From Felis catus (Eukaryota), in assembly GCF_018350175.1 (NCBI RefSeq), contig NC_058383.1, positions 15,564,001-15,628,000 on the forward strand: a stretch of DNA of 64,000 nt, read 5' to 3'. The translations under genes were made by a program, and so were the position numbers. The notes beneath the pieces are model-generated. The model was not told the origin of the DNA and searched no databases. It saw only the letters and a program-made list of their open reading frames with translations. Positions 1 through 12,966 of the stretch are shown here, piece by piece (position 1 is the first letter of the stretch; each line of letters begins with the position of its first letter).

Positions 1-219
1 AGATGCGGCTGTCAGCCAGCAAGCCATCAAATGCGCTATCATGTCTTGGTCCAATGCCCCATGCATGCATACCCAGCTGTGACCGTTCCTGAGGGGCTAC
101 AGTGGTCACAGAGTGGAAGCGGTAAGACCAAGATCTCATCCAGGAGGGTGGTGGGAGGCAGGACTATGCATGAACCAAGGCTCTAAGCCGCACTGTGCAT
201 GCTCCATTGTCCCCTCAGA

Positions 220-325
220 CTTCACTCAAAAACATGAATCCAAAGAGAGCATTATTAAGAATATCCAAGATGGCAGAGACAGAACATTAAAGCCCAAGCG
301 CAGGGAACTTCTGAGCACAGGTCCG
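220..325 (-). mobile_element. hAT-Tip100 MER45-like fragment
   Basis: attattaagaatatccaagatggcagagacagaacattaaagcccaagcgcagggaacttctgagcacagg resembles the reverse complement of the MER45 5' end (from memory). Confidence 0.5.
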
Positions 326-589
326 AGTATGTCTTCTGTTTCTCAATTTTGTATTTTTTCCCATATAAATCCTAAAAGCTCTTGCTGTTTGATTTATAGG
401 TTTCTATAGTGAACACAATTTTCCCATCGTATTTGCTAACTGGACAGTTATGAGATATAGAAATATCATTTTGTACTGTTGCTTTTGATGGCCACTTCTC
501 ATGTCCTATCTCACCATTTTAGTGAAATGTAATGTTTCCATATCAGTTCTCTTGGGCTTTCTAAGTAGAAAAAAGCACCTATACATAGC

Positions 590-790
590 TATCACTTGAG
601 CACTTAGCACTGCTAGGTACTGTTGTATGTCATCTAATCCCCAGAAGCCCTTGAAGCTGGCATGATCGTCACACCCAATTCACAGATTGGGTATGTGAAA
701 GAGCAGAGACTTGCCCAAGGCCAAAGAACTAATATCTACGTGTTAGCCAAAATTTCAAAGCCAACCGCAAGCCTCAACCACGAGGCTAGA
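590..790 (-). mobile_element. MIR SINE
   Basis: Motifs gagcacttagcactgctaggtactgt and agagacttgcccaaggcc match the reverse MIR core. Confidence 0.6.
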
Positions 791-1343
791 ACATTTCTAC
801 ATAGGTTAGGTTAAGCCCCCTTCATTTCTGTTTGAAGACTGAGTACCTGGGGTAAAACTTTCAGAAAAGCGCTAATGGCAGTGACAGCAAACATCTTTCT
901 CTTGTTCTTGATTTTAACTGGAATGTCTCCAATGCTTCATTTTTAAGTATGATACTGACGGTTGTGGCTTAAAACGGAAACCTTTGCAACATGAGGATAT
1001 TAGTAATGTAGCTTTTCCTAAAATAAAGAACTAAAACTCAATCTAGCTGAAAGAGGGATGGATCATGAGACCCTGTTAATATGGGTTTCCGTTCCAAAGG
1101 TTTATTCCAATCACGTTTATAGTACATAAAATAGCGATACTCTCTTGTTGAGAAGACAGAAAATGTGGCCACAGTGTTGATGCCAACTTGAGAGAAATAT
1201 AAGCCTCTACCTAAGGCAAGATTTCCTATCTACAGAATTCAACTAATATGAGACACGTACAAAGAAATCAATTCGACAGCTTCCCTTAAAGATATGCAAG
1301 AAATCAAAAGAAGACAGTTTTTGTGGGAGGCTGATATGCACAT

Positions 1344-1349
1344 TTTATT
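1344..1349 (-). terminator. Probable main polyadenylation signal (AATAAA)
   Basis: AATAAA on the minus strand with TGTA just upstream and a T/GT-rich element downstream (ctgtcttcttttgatttcttg). Other AATAAA hexamers lie at 3039-3034, 1687-1682 and 1106-1101. Confidence 0.65.
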
Positions 1350-2019
1350 TAACAAACATAATGTACAAGACTAAAAGAACTGTATATATTCCCAGGAGAA
1401 TTCAGAGTGTGTATACCTGGATTAGCACCTAGAAAGTACATAGAAAAGAACAACGGAAAAGGGGGAAAGCTTTCTACAAAAATCACTTGGGCTCGGGTTT
1501 CTAAGTGCAGATTCTCACTGGCATCGGATAGTAACTCCTTGCACTCCACATGAGCTCAGTGATCGGCTGACTCGGTTAACTGCTTCACGCCTTTAGCGCT
1601 TTGTGACAACAGGTATGTCAACCTCATGGCTCTTACGGGGAAATTTAAGTAAAGGATACAAAGTTTTATACTCACCCTAGTTTTATTCCAAAATTACTGC
1701 ACTACAAATCTGTGTGGTACACTGTTAGGAAGATACTGAGATACTGCTTGTGTCATGTGACCTTGTTTCAGAACGATGCCCTGGAATTATGCACAATTTC
1801 ACAGCTACGCTGATAATCTATAGAAATCACTGACTGGAAGGAGGATCATACGTGGCGTATTTAGGTTATGAAGGGTTCCATTAGGATTAAAACGGTTCCA
1901 CACTGCCAGTGGCTGTAAAGCCTCAGTATCAGTTGACCGCACTGTGCATTTAATACAATATTCTTTGGTTATATCATATTAACCACAAGGAGGACAGCTT
2001 CCTTGTCTACACAATAGAT

Positions 2020-2238
2020 TAGTGGTTCTCAACTGAGGGCGAATTTGCGCCCACTCCACCCTGGAAACATTTGGTGATGTCTGGAGGAGATTTTTCACGA
2101 CTGTGCGGGTTGCCACTAGTGTCTAGTGGGTATCGAGGCCAGGAATACTGCTAAACGTCCTGTAATGCACAGGGAAGCCCTCATAACAAAAAGTCCTCAG
2201 GCCCCAAATGTCAGTAGCACTGAGGTGGAGAAACCCTG
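2020..2238 (+). mobile_element. MER20 (hAT-Charlie MITE), near full length, inside the 3' UTR
   Basis: Termini tagtggttctcaac ... gaggtggagaaaccctg and internal tctagtgggtatcgaggccaggaatactgctaaac match the MER20 consensus. Confidence 0.85.
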
Positions 2239-3224
2239 AAAGAGGTTTATATGACATGCGTCTGGGTTGCCCATAGAGTCAAAGGTCTGCTGCAGACGGA
2301 GGCAGAAAGAAGGGTGCTACAGCTCTGAGGAATTCCCCATCGGCTCTCGCCAGTGGAGGCCCGTTCACTCCTGTCTTCTGATCTAGACCCAGGACCAGCT
2401 CCTTTACGAAGACCTCTATAAATACCTCCTGAATGAGTGGAGGATGACGGTGCAAGAGGCATGGTTCAAAGTCTTCAAATGACTATCTTGAACAGTAACT
2501 TTATACGACCTAAAAATTATTCTGAACCTCAATGGTGTCACAGTCCCTGACTGATTATACATAACCTCAAAGTTAGGCTAACAAATTGTTAAAGGTGGAG
2601 TCAATATTTTAAGGGCAGTATGTCTAACGTTTCTAGATTCATTTAAGTGGGGCAAACCAAATAAAATGGTGTTAAAGGCAAACATTCAACATACTTCATT
2701 TTAAACTAAAAAAATTAACGCATGAAACGCCATGCACAGCAGACACCATTCCTTTTTTTTTTTTTTACATATTTACAATTTTACATATTTACTTATCAAT
2801 ATATCTTCTATCTTTACAATTATAAAATTATTTCAAACTGTAGAAGAGTGGTACCATACATTTTGTAGCATTCATTTGTTTTATCCTTTAAAGGCAATTA
2901 TTTACCCAAATCCAAACCACAGTGAATGCCACAGAGGAAGCACGTAGGAAAATTATGGACAAAAAATAGATTTAGACAAAACTTTCACATAAGACTTAAA
3001 TGAATCTATTTCAGTAACTCAAATAAATAGTATTTTATTATTTACTAAGCTTCCCCTGCCAGGAAAAACAAAACAAAACAAACAGAACAATCCCCACAAA
3101 CTGTACCTTTAAAAACGCTCTGGCATTTATAAGCATTAAGTTATAGTCTAGATCCCAATCATGGACTGTAGTAAGGGCTAGCTACAATTTAGGCTCAAAT
3201 AAATACTACCCATGTAAATATTTA

Positions 3225-3623
3225 TCATCCTGCATAAACTTGAGGTTGCAATGGTGGAGGAAGTTTATCATTTTCAACATTTTCAGAGTCAATAGCTGCT
3301 AAAGATTGATTCGGGGGCTTAATTTCGAGTGGATATTTCTCAACAATGTCTTGAACCTCTTTTGCAATTCCATCTGTCCACTCTATGAGGTCTTTTTCAA
3401 GTTTCTTGGCTTCACTCATGATCCTTTCTTGTCGTTCATTCAACTGAGACAGAAGATCCAAGTTCTTATACATTTGCTTAACCCCTAAGCAAGCATCAGG
3501 AGACCAATTCTCAGATTCTTGCTTCCTGGGAGAAGTCTGGCCGGACATGTATCGATCAAAATCTTCCTGACTTAAATTCAAAGACTGAGCATCTAACTTC
3601 TCAATGAAAGCCACAGCACAGCA
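3225..3623 (-). CDS. RABGEF1: RABGEF1 last exon, coding part (VPS9 end, Rabaptin-5-binding coiled coil, Pro-rich tail)
   Basis: Acceptor tttctag|TGC. Translates CCAVAFIEKLDAQ...PPPLQPQVYAG, with TGA at 3227-3225 followed by an in-frame TAA. Summed CDS is 1476 nt, or 491 aa plus stop. Confidence 0.98.
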   Translation of the reverse strand, partial: CCAVAFIEKLDAQSLNLSQEDFDRYMSGQTSPRKQESENWSPDACLGVKQMYKNLDLLSQLNERQERIMSEAKKLEKDLIEWTDGIAKEVQDIVEKYPLEIKPPNQSLAAIDSENVENDKLPPPLQPQVYAG

Positions 3624-3739
3624 CTAGAAAAAAACCAGAAGGTTATTTACTATAGCCATAAGGGGAAAGGTACAAATATTCAAATACATCTTTTTAAATC
3701 CTTTTATTATGGTGAATTTAAAACAATCAAAAGTAGGAT

Positions 3740-4499
3740 GGGGAGCCTGGGTGGCTTGGTCGGTTAAGCGTCCGACTTTGGCTCAGGTCATGATCTCACG
3801 GCCCGTGAGTTCGAGCCCCGCGTCGGGCTCTGTGCTGACCGCTCAGAGCCTGGAGCCTGTTTCAGAGTCTGTGTCTCCCTCTCTCTCTGCCCCTCCCCTG
3901 TTCATGCTCTGTCTCTCTCTGTCTCAAAAATAAATAAACGTTTAAAAAAAAAAAAAAAAGGTAGGAAAAAACAGGTAATGACCCACCATGGACTTCAGCT
4001 TCAAAAATTACCAACTCAGAGCACTTGGGTGGCTCAGTCGCTTGAGCCTCAACTTTAGCTCAGGTCATGAGCTCAGCCCTACATTGGGCTCCCTGCTGTC
4101 AGTGCAGAGCCTGCTTCAGATCCTCTGTACCTCTCTCTCTGCCCCTTCCCTGCTTGCACTCTTTCAAAAATAAATAACCAAACAAAACAAAATTAACAAC
4201 TCACAGCAAATCTGTTTCTTTCTTTCTCTTTCTTTCTTTCTTTTCCTCCCTCCCTCCCTCCCTCCCACCCTCCCTCCCTCCCTCCCTCCCTCCCTTCCTT
4301 CCTTTTTATTGACTCATTTATTTTGAGGCAGAGAGAGTGTGAGCACACCTGAGCAGGGGAGAGGCAGAAAGAGAGAGAATCTTAAGCAGGCTCCATGCCC
4401 AGCACAGAGCCCGATGTGGGGCTTGACCTCACAACCATGAGATCATGACCTGAGCCAAAATTGAGAGCTGGATGCTTACCTGAGCCACCCAGGCGTCCC
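3740..4499. mobile_element. Three Can-SINEs in intron 8: 3740-3959 (+), ~4019-4190 (+), ~4300-4499 (-), with (CTTT)n/(CCCT)n at ~4215-4300
   Basis: tRNA-derived heads (GGGGxGCCTGGGTGGCT), (CT)n body, A-tails, and TSDs such as aaaattaccaactca/aaaattaacaactca. Confidence 0.9.
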
Positions 4500-4964
4500 A
4501 ATCATGTTTCCTTATACTCCCACCCGAAATAATACATTTCTTCCTAAGGAAAAAAAAAAAAAGTTGCATTGCAAACTCCCATTGAGTCTGTGAGAAATTC
4601 AGTCCTCTCCTTGGGTTGTTCAAAGGTCTAGGGGTCTTATACAGAGTGAAATGTCGGGGGAGGCACCTTCAGTGTTTGTTCCACACTGGTTACAGAGTTT
4701 CCCGTGGACAAAAACTGAATGATTCCTCAAACTAGGAGACTCTCTGCTTCCCTGCCATGTTGCAGGGAAGAGGAACCACTGTTGGGACTGGGAGCTCTAG
4801 GGCCAAGTGACTGGGGAACATATCCCATAAAGCCATTCCCCTTTGAGGTCTTGCCAGCCCCACAATGCTCACTCAGGGCCTGGCCAGCTACTGGGCACAT
4901 CAGCAGGTACTGGAGTGGCACACAGACCTCTGGTCCTCTAAGGACCTGTGGTCCTTTAACATCA

Positions 4965-5200
4965 AGTGGCTGAAAGAACAGGCTTTGAAATCAAGCAACC
5001 TGAGTTGTCACCTCCGTCATATGTTAGCCAGGAGTTTTTGTGAGCCTGGGGAAAGTTACCTACTGTCTCTGGGGTTCCTGTATCTGTAAAACGGGAAATA
5101 CCACCCAGATTTATTGTGAGAATGAAGCAATCCAGCACATGTAATGTGCTTAGCTCACAGCTCGGCAGTAAGAAATGAACAAACGGGAGCAATTATTAGT
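4965..5200 (+). mobile_element. MIR SINE
   Basis: ctgggg...ttacctactgtctctggggttcctgtatctgtaaaacgggaaata...ttgtgagaatgaagc matches the MIR core. Confidence 0.65.
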
Positions 5201-6410
5201 ACAGAAATCCTTGGGCAAATGCTCAGTGAAACAGACATCTGTTGGCTATACTTTCTCATATTGATTTAATTTTTTTACAAAGAAAACGAATTTTCACATT
5301 TTCTTAAAAAACTATTTTCACAAGAAAGACATGCAATATAAACAGAGGGAAACAGGCAGCTCTCAGAATTTCTTCTGAGAACTCATTCCCAGGATCCAAC
5401 ATTATTACACATAAAAAAGGGAATCATCTTTTTGAGGAATATTTAGCAAATCTACTACAACGGACTCATCTGACAAGAATGGGCCCATCTGACCCTGCCA
5501 CACAGGTGCCCACGGTGTCCGTGGATGTGCTGCAGTCCCTGGAGAGAGGAGGAATCTAAGAGGATTCTAACATTCCTGGCATGGATGGATGCTATTGCCC
5601 CAAGTGGAAACAGTGTATATAAGAAAGGAGAAAACCATTTGGTGGGGAAGTAGGTTTAGTTTTGAAAAAATTAAATCTGAGGCCCAATAAATAGCCAGAA
5701 GTGGAGCTCAGCAGGAGGGCAAACAGGTGACGTGTGTGTCATCACTGTGCAGATGACAGCAGAGCTGCGACCAGAGCAGACAGCCTAGGGAGAGAGATGC
5801 ATAGAGGACAGCACCCCACGGAAAAACCCAACTTGAGAAGACACAAAGCTCACAAAGAGACAAGTAAGGAGTGGAACTCTGAAATCCAAAGGCAGGAAGT
5901 TCTAGAACAAAGGAGTTACCAAGAATGTTAAAGAAGTAAGATGAAGGCTGACAGTTTTCATGGGATTTGACTTCTGCCGGAGCAGTTTCACTGGAGCAGA
6001 GGGATCAGAAGCCGGACTCTGAATCAGCAAGAGGACGGAGACATAAGGTGCTAACAGGGCTGTAGGTCAAGGTGCTGGGAAGCTGCAGGGAAAAGGTGAG
6101 CCAGCAGCCTCCACTGTTGACCACCAGGACGACCCTCAGACACCTCCCAGCCCTGCTCATTTCTCTACTACCAGCCACGTCTCCATCTTCATAATTCTCA
6201 GGGATTTTCCACACTCTCTCATGTTCTCTAGATAAAGAACTAAATCCAAAAGGCTCTTCCTGGCAGTCAAGTGCATGTTTTCACTTATGTTAAGAAATGC
6301 TTACTTCAGCTAAACTTTTGGGGGAGTATAGTTTAAACCACCATGTGTCTGGGAGGATGAAAAATACTGCAAATAATGGAACAAGCATCATTTTGAGAAA
6401 GGGCATTCCC

Positions 6411-6558
6411 AGGATGGGCTAAATGGGTGATGGGTATTAAGGAGTGCACTCGGATGAGCACTGGGTGTTGTATGTGATGAATCACTGAATTCTACATCTA
6501 AAACTAATATTACGGTGTATGTTAACTAACTGGAATTTCATAAGAGCTTGAAAAAAGA
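6411..6558 (+). mobile_element. Short carnivore L1 3' end
   Basis: ggtgatgggtattaaggagtgcact..gatgagcactgggtgttgtatg, flanked by TSD aaagggcattccca/aaagagcattccca. Confidence 0.8.
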
Positions 6559-7532
6559 AAAAGAGCATTCCCAACTCCCTGCAAACCACATCCCCAGATG
6601 CTGCAACAACAGTAGTGAGCAGCTGAATGCCATGGCTGAGGGTGAGGTTAACCGGGGCAGGTCCAGGTTTTGAAGCACTGGAAATTTATACACTTTTGGG
6701 AACCCACTTAAAGGAAAACAAAATACAGAATCAGGCACAAAAGTGAATACATATTTAGCATTTAAAAATAAATCACAACAACTTTCTGGAAGCTTGGGAG
6801 ATTCAAGCCTTGTCTTTTTAGTTTCAAATGTCTTTTTAGACAATTTACTAGAAATGCTGCCTTATGTAACCTGGTTTCCTCTCCCTATTACCCTGTACAA
6901 CTTCCTACCCAGGAAAGAAGGCACATAAGGTATTCTGAGGCTCAAATCCGTTAGTAAATCTAGTCTAAAGCAAACAAACAAAAGTTAAGTGGTCAGTAAA
7001 AGGAAGTATTCAGCCTTACAACTTAGATACACGTATTTTAATGCCATCTTGCCTAGAATCAAGTAGCACGGTTAACAACAGTTGAAAATCATTTCATGTC
7101 CTCTAAACTGACCCTTGCCTAAAATCTCAGGATTCAGTTCTAAGAGATCATTTACAGAAATAAAGCAAAAAATAATTCTTAAGTCTTTCAATAAAGAAAT
7201 CAAAGTCCATGATCTGATTTATTCATGGTTGAAACAACCCAACTAAGTGAATGGCCCTTTTAACCAGGACCTGGGCAAGTGATGGCCAACAGCAACAGAC
7301 ACTCCTCCACGTGACTATCGTGTTTCCTGTAAGAGGATCACAATCTCTGGTCAAGTACTGAGAGGTGCGGTGTTTGCCCGGCCCAGTCATGTGTGCTATG
7401 TGACACCAAGCAAGCATCTTTAGCTTTACTGATTCCTCAACTCACGGGCAGTAAACTGTCACAGGCCTGTGAGTGATGTGTCACATCCCTAAAATGGTTC
7501 CTCTCTGTAACTCCAGGAAGTCAAATCCTTAC

Positions 7533-7789
7533 CAGATTGGTGAAATAGTAGCCATCCTCTCCAGTCATCAATCGGCTTGGGTTGCAGAAGCGGGTGATAT
7601 ACTGGATATTGGACTGAAGGCGTGGGGGGTTGCCCTTCAAAACAATGTAGATGAGAGTGGGTAAAAAGTCATCGGCTGACGCTGGCTCGTTCTTGGTGAT
7701 CTTAATGGCATTGAAGATGTGCTTGCTACACTTGGTGATGCAGGCCAACTTATCTCGAGGTACACGCTTAGAATCCATTTCAATGATAT
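7533..7789 (-). CDS. RABGEF1: RABGEF1 exon 8 (VPS9 catalytic core)
   Basis: Acceptor ctttatag|AT and donor CTG|GTAAGG. 257 nt containing SADDFLP (D313, P317) and [10 protein letters not shown] (Y354, T357), the conserved VPS9 catalytic residues. Confidence 0.98.
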
Positions 7790-7949
7790 CTATAAAGCAG
7801 AAAAGACACTGCTTCCAATGAGAAAATGATTACAAAAAAGAAGTATTAGAATAATCATTTTTTAATCTATCAAATTACAGAGGTTAACCCTTTCTCCACC
7901 AGGTAACTTAGTATATAAAAAACTTTGACCACAGAAACTGTAAACACTA

Positions 7950-8190
7950 GCTCATCACTACAGAATGTGTAACCAGGCACAGAACCACAGACCAGGCATT
8001 ATATGCATTATTTCTGTGCTCCACAAGCCTATTTCTTTTCCATCCTCAGATTGTACAATGGATACTACTTGTAGGAAGGGAACTGAGGTTCAGAGAAGTT
8101 CCACAATTTGCCCAAAATTATATAGACAGCCAGTGACAGAGGGCAGATTCAAGTCTGATTCTCTAACGCATGCCTTTAACCACAATGGTG
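7950..8190 (-). mobile_element. MIR SINE
   Basis: ggaactgaggttcagagaagtt..tttgcccaaaattat..cagtgacagagggcagattcaagtctga. Confidence 0.65.
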
Positions 8191-9071
8191 AACTGCTTAT
8201 GAGCTCCTTGGAAAATTAAGAGCGTTTTTCCTGCTTCTGTTCCTCTAATACACTGTAAAAGTCAGTTTAGGAAGCCTACTGCTTTTTAGAAAGGTGGGTA
8301 CTATACAAAGCACCACTGTATTGGATATAAAAATACAGCTGCTAAAATCTATCACACGTATAGTCCATAGCGGCCAGTCCCCACGGCATATAAATCTCCA
8401 GCAGCTACAAACACCTACAGCACTTTTATGACATTTATAACCTACTAGTTAGCACAGGGGATAAAGCAAGGGTATACATTTACTCTCATTCATTTCCCTC
8501 AGAGAAAAATTACTTCACTGCCCCAAACTACCACTGAGTGGTGGGCTCTTGCAAATGGACACCCTGTGCCACAAAGACCGGGAGGTGGGGAGGAGTTCAG
8601 CACCACTAGAACAACAGAAGAGGAAGGAGGGAGTGCGCCTCTGGATAGGCGTTTCTGCCTGCCATCTGGAGCAACGTGAAAGAAAGAGAGCTGAGGCAGG
8701 TTAATTTGAAAGCACTTTCTGGTCAACAGCAGGAACAAAAGTTTCTGATTTAGGTGGGGTGATGGCGCATGTCACAGTTCTTTCTGCTCCCAGCTCTCAT
8801 CCCGGAGGTCGGTTACTGGGAGGAATCCTCACGGACCACCAGCCATGGAAGACTAACGTATGGGACAGAAACACCCGACAGCGCAGAGGCTGTATTTTAA
8901 CTTCCCAATGCTTCTAGTCCCTGTACATACATGTCTATTGTATGCTTTTGCTTATTTTATGGTTTAGTTCCTTTACTCTTTTAATGATGGGTTGTAATTA
9001 TTGTTACTATGTCTCAAACTATTTTCTTTTTCTATTTGAGTAGAATGTATGTAAAAAAGATCTGGGGCAGG

Positions 9072-9447
9072 GGGGTGGCTGGGTGGCTCAGTTAGTTAAG
9101 CGTCTGACTTTGGCTCCACGATTTGTGGGTTTGAGCCCTGCATCAGGCTTTGTGCTGACAGCTCAGAGCCTGGAGCCTGCTTCAGATTCTGTGTTTCCCC
9201 CTCTCTCTCTCTGCTCCTCCCCCCTCCTCTCTCTCAAGAAAAAACATTAAGAAAAAAAAATTTTAAGACTTTTTAAAAACTGTTTTTACTACTGTTTTTA
9301 TCCTGTTTAGCTTTCTACCTTTATTGTTGGCCTTTATTTTTTATTTTAAACCTTTCTCTCATTTTAAACCACTCTCTCATTATTTATTAAGTTTTGTTTA
9401 AAAAAAGTTTTAAAGTTTATTTCTGGGGGGGGAGGGAGGGAGGGAGG

Positions 9448-9484
<37 letters not shown>

Positions 9485-10230
9485 CGTGTGCACATGAGCA
9501 TGCAAACAGGGGAGGGGCAGAGAGAGGGAGACACAGAAACCGAGGTAGGTTCCTGCCTCAGAGCTGTCAGCACAGAGCCTGACACAGGGCTAGAACCGGT
9601 GAACTGTGAGATCATGACTGAGGCGAAGTCAGACACTTAGCTGACCAAGCCACCCAGGTGCTCCTATTCTTTTTTTTTTTTTTTTAATGTTTATTTATTT
9701 TTGAGAGAGAGAGAGAGACAGAGCGTGTGCGGGGGAGGAGGAGAGACAGAGGGAGATACAGAATCTGAAGTAGGCTTCAGGCTCTGAGCTGTCAGCATAG
9801 AGTCCGACGTGGGGCTCGAACCCACAAACCATGAGATCATGACCTGAGCTGAAGTTAGATGCTCTACTGACTGAGCCAAACGGGGCATCTGGCTGGCTCA
9901 GTTGGAGGAGCATGGGACTCCTGATCTTGGCGACATGAATTTGAGCCCCATGTGGGATGCAGAGATTACTTAAAACTTAAAAAAAATAAAATAAAAGTGA
10001 ATTACTTTTTTTTTAAATTTTTTTTTTCAACGTTTATTTATTTTTGGGACAGAGAGAGACAGAGCATGAACAGGGGAGGGGCAGAGAGAGAGGGAGACAC
10101 AGAATCGGAAACAGGCTCCAGGCTCTGAGCCATCAGCCCAGAGCCTGACGCGGGGCTCGAACTCGCGGACCGCGAGATCGTGACCTGGCTGAAGTCGGAC
10201 GCTTAACCGACTGCGCCACCCAGGCGCCCC
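9072..10230. mobile_element. Cluster of five Can-SINEs: ~9072-9262 (+), ~9405-9665 (-), ~9669-9882 (-), ~9883-9990 (+, short type), 10007-10230 (-, young SINEC_Fc type)
   Basis: Diagnostic heads and tails. The youngest copy is flanked by TSD aaaagtgaattact. Confidence 0.9.
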
Positions 10231-10755
10231 AAAAGTGAATTACTTTTTATCTGGATGCATGTGTAGCTGCCACTGCCAAGAGGGAGGGCCAAGAGTGTAA
10301 AAAGAGAAGGGAAGGGAAAAGAAAAAAAAGTAAAGAGGGAAGGGGGTATAGATTTCCGTCACACTCTTTGTCCTGCAGCAACCCCTCCTCTAGTATCCTT
10401 TAGTCTGAAGGAAGTTTTCTGGGGGGAACTCTTTTGGACAACCCCCCCCCCCCCACCATGTGTAGCTAGTTCCATGATTTGCATTGCTCTAAAGCCTAAA
10501 GGAGGAGATCCGGGAGGAAATAACAACAGGAAACTCACCACTGTATTAATTCTTCGAGCAATGATTTCCTGCCCTAATCTGTCTGCTCTTATTTACTTTC
10601 CAGAATCCTCAGATAACTGCTTTGTGTCTGCCATCCAGGGCTTTTACTTGTAGTCAGTAGGAAAGACAGGCTGAGGGTGGGTCCTCCATCTTAGCAGAAG
10701 TCTTAGATTTATCGTTCAAGAAGTTTTGTAAACAAAGTAGGCTGTAGCTCCAAGT

Positions 10756-10880
10756 CATGATTCCTCAACCTTGGCACTAATGAGATTTTGGACTGGATAA
10801 TTTTTTTTTTTTTTGTAGGGGACTGTCCTGTCTTGCATGATGTTTAATAGCATCCGTGGCCTCCACTTCTAGATGACAGA
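10756..10880 (-). mobile_element. MER20 fragment
   Basis: ttcctcaaccttggcactaatgagattttggactggataat..ggactgtcctg..gatgtttaatagcatcc matches the MER20 reverse strand. Confidence 0.7.
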
Positions 10881-11176
10881 TGTCAACTGAAACGGAAAAT
10901 GCCTTATTCGGTATATTTATCAACAAAACTGACAGTGCTGATTGGTAGCACCTGGGACAATGTAGAGACATTTAACTGATGTCTCCATATTTAAGACCAC
11001 TGTTACAGACTGTCCTCTCTGGGACTCCTGTACTTAGGCTAACAACTTCAGATTAGGAACACAGTGATCATTAGAACCTTTGGCCCTCATAGAGGCAGAA
11101 TGTATCTGTACTTGGATTGGCAAGATATGGGGGTTAAGATGAGGAAGAGTGAGAAGGCTTTTAAAATTTTATGGCC

Positions 11177-11363
11177 AGGGGCGCCTGGGTGGCTCAGCTG
11201 GCTGAGTGTCTGACTCTTGGTTTTGGGTCAGGTCATGATCTTATGGTTTGTGGGTTCCAACCCACATCAGGCTCTGTGCTGACAGTGTGGTGCCCTCTCT
11301 CTCTCACTTCTCCCTCCTCCTCCTCCTCCTCCTCCTCCTCCTCCTCCTCCTCCTTCTTCTTCT

Positions 11364-11395
<32 letters not shown>

Positions 11396-11420
11396 GAGTA
11401 AACATTAAAAAATAAAATAA
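11177..11420 (+). mobile_element. Can-SINE with an expanded (CCT)n(CTT)n(CT)n tract
   Basis: GGGGCGCCTGGGTGGCTCAG head, microsatellite at 11310-11394, A-tail. Confidence 0.88.
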
Positions 11421-12874
11421 AATCTTGTGGCCAAATTTCTACTACTAAAATATCTCTTCAAACTCCAACTCAGATGACTTGAGAGAAAAAAGTTTCATCT
11501 CTCAAATTCTATTAACAAACTGTTGATGTATTAAAATCCTCTTAGTTCTATTCTTAAGCAAACAATGGTCTGGCTCCTGTAGTTTCTGGTTTTATAAGGT
11601 CTATCCTATGGCATTTCAGAAAAGAGTCCCAAACATAAACTCCTTTGAAGTACTTTAAACATAAACCAATTGGTCTTGAACTTGGTAAGAGTCTTTGGGA
11701 AAAAACACAAGTACAATGTCCATATCCAGGCTTCTCACCTTCAATCTCTTATGATGTTCCCTGAGCAAAAGGTAGGAGTGGGGGTGGGCCTTGACCCAAA
11801 GGAGTCAATTCATGAAGCCTATAACACAGCCTTGCAGAAAAGCTTTGAACAACAAAGATGACAGTACTTAGCTAGGCCAGTTAGACTCTGCAAGGGGAAT
11901 TACAGAAAACAATTCATTTAATAACAGGAGTTAAAATGCAGAGATATACAAAGAGAAGCAGAACCTGAAAGAGCGCAAGAATCACGTTAACAGCAGATAT
12001 CCCAGTCCCCAGAGGGGCTGTGGAGCTAAGTTTCCGTGAGAGTGTGGCTTCCTTTCCTACCTTGATCATCTCTTAAGTAACCCCCTATTTCTTCCTGTAA
12101 CATGAGTGAGTCTCTAATTCTTACAACCAAAGGAGCCTACCTAACGGTTTGCCTCCAACACTGCTAATAGCAGCTGAGCAACTAACTTTCTTTCCCAGCA
12201 GAATTTCACTAACAATCTCTAAATGGGCAAGTCTTTCCAGCTCTTCTTAATTGAGGAGAAGCTGGCCAAGGTTGGATGTCTTCTCTAGTAGGAGCAATTT
12301 GTTTTGGTTCTTTGCTTTTTTAAAATTTTCGTGGGCTATTTCTGCTGGGCTATTCCTATGACTAAGAAACAGAAACCTTATTAGGTGCCTGGACCTGTCC
12401 AGGATGCTGGAACCACATCAATTCAGGGCACTTCATTTACTTCTTAGACAAACCAGAAAAATAATCCAAAGCACACCTCTAACTCGCCAATTAGAGAGAC
12501 ATCATTTTAATACGTAACTTCAGCTCGGGGAGTACCTTGTACCACCAACTCCCTTCCTCCCTCTAAAATTATTTTGAATATACAAATGCCACTGAGTTTT
12601 AAGAAATTAGCCTTAGCTGCATTTGACCTTGGTTTAGTTCAATGCCCAAGAAATAAGAGACCCTGGTCACAGAAAATAAAGGGGAAATGTAGTTTACCTG
12701 CTAATGTGAATGCTTCAAATTTATAAAACTAGCACTCCTGCAAAACGCTTTTCCCACATTCCAATATACCTTTGGCAATATACCTTACTGTCTGGCTGCT
12801 CACTGACTTAAGTACGGATTTATGTTAACTTCAAGGAGAAACACCCAGATAAGAAAGCTCTCAGTTTCACTGAC

Positions 12875-12966
12875 CTGTGATTGCTTTCACCACCATATCA
12901 GATACTTCGGAAATTTCTTCATTAACAGGGACGCAAAGCATCTGAGGTGTAACCCAGTGCAGGGCT
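12875..12966 (-). CDS. RABGEF1: RABGEF1 exon 7 (VPS9 domain, N-terminal part)
   Basis: Acceptor ccctctttgtag|A and donor G|GTCAGT. 92 nt, ALHWVTPQMLCVPVNEEISEVSDMVVKAIT. Confidence 0.97.

Larger units (their letters stand above)
1325..3224 (-). other. RABGEF1: RABGEF1 3' UTR (approximate end)
   Basis: Follows the stop codon, is AT-rich, and ends at the AATAAA at 1349-1344. Confidence 0.7.

Noticed and set aside
113..409. 98-aa plus-strand ORF
   Set aside because: It starts at GTG, overlaps a MER45-like fragment, and has no recognisable homology.
189..1948. 13-mer ccgcactgtgcat repeated at ~189 and ~1936
   Set aside because: A single short match with no structural context is consistent with chance.
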